NCBI GenBank assembly: GCA_905250885.1
Contig: CAJNOQ010002230.1
Coordinates: forward strand, 1-25,524
Direction of reading: 5' to 3'
From: Didymodactylos carnosus
Taxonomy: Eukaryota
DNA: 25,524 bases
Below, piece by piece: positions 19,237 through 25,524 of this stretch. How positions within the stretch are numbered: the stretch's first letter is position 1; each line of letters opens with the position of its first letter. The notes under the pieces were generated by a model. That model made no database searches and was not told the origin of the DNA. It saw only the letters and a program-made list of their open reading frames with translations. A program made the position numbers and the translations under genes.

Positions 19237-22200
19237 GTTACGTCGTGATTATGGCACTATAAAACATAATATAAAACAAGTGTATTTTGAGCCAATGAAA
19301 GTTGTAGGTATAACTGGTTTATTATAGTAAGTTGAGTCTGTGACTGACTATCCAGACTGTAGTGAAAGAGTCGTATTATTAGTTTAAAAATATGCTCGAA
19401 CTGGAAACGTTTACTGCGCTAAACAGAACTATATCTTCTATTATGCCTTGAGCAGTATTTAATTCGTACTCACCAGATATTACCCTCACAAAACTTTCAG
19501 TAAAAATCTCAAAATTTTCTAAGTATTTATGTACACCGAAATAGATACGAACAACGTGTCGTGTATGCTACACCGGTGTTATAAATACGCATAAAATAAA
19601 AATTTGGCGAATAAATAGACGTGTTTTTCTTCTCAGCAAAAGAAAATAGAATATATTGTTTTACAAATGATTATGAAATTTCATTTTCAACAGTCAACAA
19701 CAACAAATACAATATGCAGAGAGGTAAAAGTAGTATAAAACTATTTTTTTGTATGTTTACTATATTATTTCCTGCAAAAATAGGGATATTTTTTTATTCT
19801 ACAGGTAAACATGTGTATGTTGAGGTTGGAATGACTAAATTCATGACTCATCGTCAAAAATTATTCTTCGCTTTTTTTCTCTCGTTCTACAAATAATAAA
19901 GAGAAAATTGTAAAAAACAATGGAAACAAGAAAATAGAAATTGTTGTATCCTTGTTCCATCACACTGAAATACTTCGAGCATCACACATAATTCTTGACG
20001 TCATAGATAAGTTAACATTGAAATCTGTTGCTCATGCAATGGGTAACTTCAACATTCATAGTATTACAAAATCATTATGAAATAATAATATTTTGAAAAG
20101 TTATAGCCATTTCATTCTACCATTTCGTGTCATCGTAATTATATTTTGTGGAAATGTTAATCTTCATTGAACGATCCATCGAAACTAACCTACAATGATT
20201 TCAACACCGATGATTTCGTTGCATTGTTGAGAGTAACTAAATTCAAAATGAATACGATAATAACAGCATGAAAATCGATGAAATAAACAATACTTTATCT
20301 GCTTTTCACTACATTTAGAGATAAACATAAAGAATCACCATTTTATCAATTTCAAACAAAAAATTCTTGATTAAATCGATGCTTCGTCACATCTACTATT
20401 GTCTAATCATAAAGAATACTTGAAAAACCGCCATTAGATGGAACATTTAATAATAACCAACATTACAATTCAAATGCTAATGATGTCTTTTATATTCAAC
20501 CTCGACAACATCTAACACAAATAACAATTTCGGTTACCACAACTAAAAAGAATGGTGATTCTAACGGGTCCCATGCAGATGAAAAAAGTCGTTCGAGGAG
20601 CAAGTACTCGGAAATGGGCCCTCGCCGAGGGAAATAACTCACAAGAAATATAATGATGCATCGGTCATGAATCAATAAGAAATACGATTGCAAAGGAAGA
20701 AATACAATGCAAGAAGAAATACGATACATCATTATATCCCATTCAGGTTTTGATATCAATGGTGCTTCACTCATACCCCAACAAAAACACTTTCAGCTGC
20801 CAGTCAAAGTCGTCGCCCGATGATGGCAATTTTATACTTAAAAATGGTTCTGAATTCAAAAATGAATTAAAAATTCTGCAAAAAATAATTTTTGTGGGAC
20901 AAATTAAAAGTTATGACATAATTTATTTTTAAATAAATTGTATGCACTTTGTTTTATTAAGAATAAAAATCACAAAACCGTCAAAACGCCGCTACGGGCG
21001 TTCTAGTGTTAAATACTCAAATGCGAATCAAACTGGTGTGTTTTGTTCTTGGTGCGTAAAAGTCTTTTTATATTTGCAGATGTGCTTCTGGCATATCACA
21101 CCCTGCATTTCTAGATGCGCAAATGCGAATCAAAGTGATGTGCAAGTTCAGTGTATTTTGGGCACATTTTATTTTTTACAGTGCATCTTCAAAAAATTGA
21201 TTTTTTGCGCAAAACCTCGCTAAAAATCACTTATTCAATAAAAAAAAAAGTCTTTTATTTGAAAAAGATCATTTTCTCCTCTTTTTCGGCCATCTTAGCC
21301 ACACCTAGTATTGCTTAGTTTTTCAGGTAAAAAAAGCAGCAGGCTTATTTGTAAGTTACACAGTCTAATAGAGCGTGAAATTCTGCATATTTTGATCTAT
21401 AGACTAATGATTTGAACCTTGAATTTTATACTGAAATAGCCAAAGGGTTTTTTTGTGCTAGAAACTTCGATGAACTTGAAGGTTTATCTATTAAAGCCAA
21501 TAACAATTGAAATAAATTAACTTCAAGTAAACTATTTAATGCGGTGCGAAGCAAACCGCATTCTAGTAATAAACGGCATGTTTTTTGCTCAACAAAAAAA
21601 GTATGATTTTCTGTAACGTTTATCTCAAAAACCATAAGTGGTATTTCAAAACTTTAAACGCTTGTAGAGAGAGAAGTGGCTGAATTGTGTCTTCTTCCCT
21701 TTTGAGACTGTTTGTATATTTCGTTGCTCTGATTTACAGGTTCAAAGTAGGTCTTTTGAACGTTTAGTACTGTCAAAAAACACGATAATTAATCCGAGTC
21801 ATACATGTGCACGCGCTTTTATACCAGAGTAGGTTGGTTTACCGTGTGATCCATTTTATGATCGTTCTCTAATCTATTCAACAAGTAATTATCGTAACTC
21901 TAGCTTCTCTGTTACCGTATCCTCAATTATTTTGTTCCTGTTTCGCACCGCATTCGCAACTCTCACTAGCGTGATTGCCATCTAGTTTGTAAAGCATCAA
22001 ATTCTTCACCATTTAATGTTAATGAAATTATTTTTGATTTTTTTGTACTGATTAGGGATGTATCAAATAAGATATCTTTCCTTTTCTTTTACTTCTTGGC
22101 AATTCTTAGCAAATGTGTGCGTATGCGTCGATTCGAAGATAAAATAAAGCCACGTTTACACGACACTTTTTAACTTAGTTTAATTCAAATCCTAACCGAG

Positions 22201-23199
22201 TTCGAAATGACACCGTTCAGACGCTCCCAGGGATTGATCAATGTGAAAATACTGAAAATTACATTCTCAAATAATTTGCGGGACGCTGTATGAACTAGCT
22301 ACAAATGCGCTTGGAACTGCATATGTGTATAAGTTATTTGACCATAACGCATGTGTAGAAGATGTAGCTAATCACTGATTGATCGATGTTTAATAGGAGT
22401 CCTTAACCGAGTTTTATAAACTTGGTTAACTTAACTAAGTTGGCAAATTACCCAACGTCAATGTCAACGAAGTTAACAAACTGAGTGCATTCACCTTAAA
22501 AAGATTAGGATTAAACTAAGTCAAAATGTGTCATGTGAACGTGACTTAATTAGAATGAAGAAATATGTCATGTGTTTGTTTTCTTTCCGATTCACTTCGA
22601 GTTTGAAGAGATATCCATTCTACCTATCCAAGCGCAAAAAAAATACTTATGATCACCAACATATAAAAGTTGAAAAGGATCAATCGATATGTTTTCAAGT
22701 CACCCCTTTAACTATGTTGATTTGTACGCTACAAACGCATCTCTCTCTGTTCAAATCATCTATTAAGTACTGTACACATACGTTGACAAAATATATTTTT
22801 TTATTTGACTGAAATATAAAATGATTGTGTTCATTTGATTTTAAAAATATCGTTCTCTCAAAACTGAACAAATTAGACGGCTCTTATAAGGTTTTGATAG
22901 TTTAAACTCGACTTCTTTGAACTAAATAAATTTTCATTTTACAACCGCTTATTTCGTACAGAAAAACGCAAGCCTTGGAAACTTGAACTGTCCCCTACTA
23001 CATTTCTCTAGAAGAAAAATAGTTTTTGAAGGATTTAGAATAGGAAATAAGAGTGGGAGGGAACTGGAAATGAACAAGAGCCGTAACTACATACCAACCA
23101 CATATTCGTAATCAGCATAGTCGATAACCTCCTATAGAACACGAAATCCGAGTCAAAAGGACAAAAAGAAGCTGTCGATGTTTCATAGGGGCTGAAAAT

Positions 23200-23437
23200 T
23201 TTGACTAACGAGGGAAGGTCCCCAAGTGTTCAAGCCGTTTAGACTTCATCTTTTGGCCATAAGTAGACCTCGATGAGATATGAAAGACCTGAAAAGGATT
23301 CATTCCCTCGTGCCTTCATTCCTAGGATATTGAATTTTCAAGATATCCTATGAGGAAATGAGAATAAAACGATCTATGACTATTTTTTGAGAATAGTGGA
23401 ACATCAATGGCTGAAGCTTTTCTTCAGTATTATGCGC
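23200..23437. repeat. Left arm of a near-identical (~98-99%) inverted repeat
   Basis: Reverse complement of 24162-24400 matches 23200-23437 almost base-for-base (tgactaacgagggaaggtccccaagtgttca...ggctgaagcttttcttcag). Confidence 0.9.
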
Positions 23438-23940
23438 TCCTTGCACGATCTATTTGGATTTGAGAGCTGGATATAATTCTATCTATAACGATTCTATTCG
23501 TTATTCATGAGTTCAAATAACATACAAATTCTTATGATGTTCTTAATACCATTTTAAAACATAGTGAGTCTTAATGGATGGGCGATGGTGATGCATTATC
23601 AGCACTGTTGCTTTTCTCTTTCTTTCTCGACATACCATCTCATTTATGTAAGGAATGTTATACGCCAAGATGCTTTGTTTGATGTTCTTCTAGTAAACTT
23701 TTCCTTCTGTTCTCTTTTGTACGTGTTTCTGCCGTATAATCGCTCTTCTTTTGATTTTATCTCTTACAATAAATCAGTGCGGTGCAAAAGTTGAGTTGAA
23801 TTCAGTCTTAACAGTCTCTGTTTCGAAATGATTAATCCATCAAACGTCATGAAAATTCTCGCTGATCGAGTCTCAAACCTACTGCCTTCTGTTTTCTCGA
23901 CCACCTCGACTCCCACTGCTTCTATTACAAACCGTGAATG

Positions 23941-23978
23941 TGAAGTGGCTGATCAGCTGTGAAGTGGCTGATCAGCTG
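23941..23978. repeat. Perfect 19-bp tandem duplication (tgaagtggctgatcagctg x2)
   Basis: Read directly from the sequence. Confidence 0.9.
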
Positions 23979-24161
23979 TGCAGTGTGCATGAGTCGATTG
24001 TCAACAGTCATTCGCACACTTTCGAAATCGAAAGTACCCTCGATCATGGATTAGACGATAGCGAGCTGATCAATCAAGTGGAGGACGAAAATGAGGAAGA
24101 TGAAGAATCGCTTAATCCTGAATATTCTGCTGAAGAAGACCAGGATAAAATAATACTGCGC

Positions 24162-24400
24162 CGCATAATACTGAAGAAAAAGCTTCAGCCATTGATGTTC
24201 CACTATTCTCAAAAAATAGTCATAGATCGTTTTATTCTCATTTCCTCATAGGATATCTTGAAAATTCAATATCCTAGGAATGAAGGCACGAGGGAATGAA
24301 TCCTTTTCAGGTCTTTCATATCTCATCGAGGTCTACTTATGGCCAAAAGATGAAGTCTAAACGGCCTGAACACTTGGGGACCTTCCCTCGTTAGTCAGAA
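24162..24400. repeat. Right arm of the inverted repeat pairing with 23200-23437
   Basis: As for the left arm. Confidence 0.9.
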
Positions 24401-25230
24401 ATGACCAAAAACAGCAAAATTCGACTTGTCTGCTATCAAAAATGAGATTTGACGCTAAGAAACTGCTGTCCGAGATCAACAGAATCTTGTATAATTCGAA
24501 AGTATAGAAAAAATTTGTTCCTTTGTAAAAAAAATTATCACCAGTATATAGCTCAGACGTTTTCGAGCATATTTTGTCACAGAACTGTTCATCGATTCCG
24601 TACTTCGGATATCAGAAAAAAACGCTTTTTTTTTTCTAAACGCCACCGAAACGCGTGTGTTTTGCATTGGAGTGTTCTAAACGGTCTAAAAGCACAGAAC
24701 AGGCGAAATGTTCTTATTAAATAATACCATACGAAAAGTCTGAGCTCTCATCGGTTAAAAAACCGGCATTCGTTTTTGATACTATAGGGTCGGAAAAAAT
24801 CTTTTTCCAGGAGGATACCGCTCAAACTACAAATGATATCACAGAGTGTTATATATCAAATTAATACCCATTAAAAATGAAATTTATGAGTATACTCGAT
24901 AGTCCAAACAGCGATTACTGGCTCTTGAAATATGAAAATCTCTTGAATCCTATGGTTAAACGCGCTCGTGTTTTACGATTTTCATTCTTCTGGTACATAT
25001 TTTGACGAAAATAATAGCAGATTCGTGATCTCCATCAAAAACTGAATCTATAGACATGTCATTTGTATATTTTTGACGAAAAACATTTTTTCGAAAAAAT
25101 CCTGGGAGTTACCCCAGACAAAAAATTTCAAACAAACTTTTTGAATTTAAATATTTAAATATCTTAATTCATACCTCATTCGGTGCAGTTTTTGACGGAG
25201 ATTACGAATTTGATATTATTTTTGATGAAA

Positions 25231-25287
25231 AATGTAATAAAAAAGCGAAAATTGCAAAATACGAGCTCGTTTGGGCATACAAATGGC
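25231..25287. repeat. Left arm of a ~57 bp perfect inverted repeat (partner 25468-25524 at the window edge)
   Basis: aaaatgtaataaaaaagcgaaaattgcaaaatacgagctcgtttgggcatacaaatg is the reverse complement of 25468-25524. The spacer is ~180 bp. Confidence 0.85.
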
Positions 25288-25467
25288 ATATATTTTACAA
25301 CGCCGGGTTGATAACTCCCAGAAGACAAAAAAGTTCGGAAAAATCGTTCCATATTTTTATTGCTCTTATCATCAGTAAGGTTCTCTACAAATATCGTTAG
25401 TTTACAATTTGGTTCAATGGCGCCAGATCAATCTTCATACACATTACCGGCATTGTAAAATGTATGA

Positions 25468-25524
25468 CATTTGTATGCCCAAACGAGCTCGTATTTTGCA
25501 ATTTTCGCTTTTTTATTACATTTT
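25468..25524. repeat. Right arm of the inverted repeat pairing with 25231-25287; MITE-like, possibly truncated by the window end
   Basis: As above. Confidence 0.85.

Larger units (their letters stand above)
23200..24400. mobile_element. Candidate foldback or non-autonomous DNA-transposon-like element (~240 bp near-perfect terminal inverted arms, ~720 bp interior)
   Basis: The arm identity is high, and the interior contains a 19-bp tandem duplication and an acidic ORF (23934..24251) that runs into the right arm. No transposase is present. Confidence 0.4.

Noticed and set aside
21018-21145. Repeated aaatgcgaatcaaaNtgRtgtg at ~21020 and ~21120
   Set aside because: Similarity is limited to ~25 bp. 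This is too short to call a tandem duplication with confidence.
19621-22812. Short ORFs in the right flank (19621..19896, 20496..20774, 20942..21223, 21426..21635, 22528..22812, 23564..23794, 24449..24724)
   Set aside because: They are low-complexity with no recognisable similarity. Small exons of an unannotated gene cannot be excluded, but nothing in the sequence supports one.

Overview
This 25.5 kb window is eukaryotic (metazoan-like) nuclear DNA, not prokaryotic. It is AT-rich, roughly one-third GC by eye, with a strong A/T preference at third codon positions and many short spliceosomal introns (GT..AG, often preceded by T-rich tracts). There are no operons, CRISPR arrays or tRNA/rRNA genes. 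The central ~12 kb holds two paralogous major vault protein (MVP) genes in convergent, tail-to-tail orientation. The + copy spans 7344-11809, with 15 coding exons and ~851 aa. The - copy spans 15882-19236, with 10 coding exons and ~864 aa. A ~4.1 kb intergenic stretch lies between their stop codons. Both translate to recognisable MVP, including the N-terminal '[18 protein letters not shown]' repeat-domain motif and the C-terminal '...TSGP(D/E)(M/T)QVKLLQ(S/A)LG...[13 protein letters not shown]...' cap-helix region. Their intron maps differ strikingly, and nucleotide identity between them is mosaic. The flanks (1-7300 and 19300-25524) have no convincing long ORFs and are dominated by repeats. 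These include four foldback or inverted-repeat structures (1-1713, 5279-5886, 23200-24400, 25231-25524), a dispersed ~230 bp repeat family at 2055-2290 and 12225-12450, a GC-rich island carrying tRNA-box-like fragments, and several short tandem arrays. I see no prokaryotic-style novel system. The findings most worth follow-up are the divergent paralog pair with shifted intron positions and apparent gene-conversion tracts, and the large near-perfect palindrome, which looks like a hairpin-RNA source. All coordinates come from manual reading and splice-site inference and have not been checked against any database.
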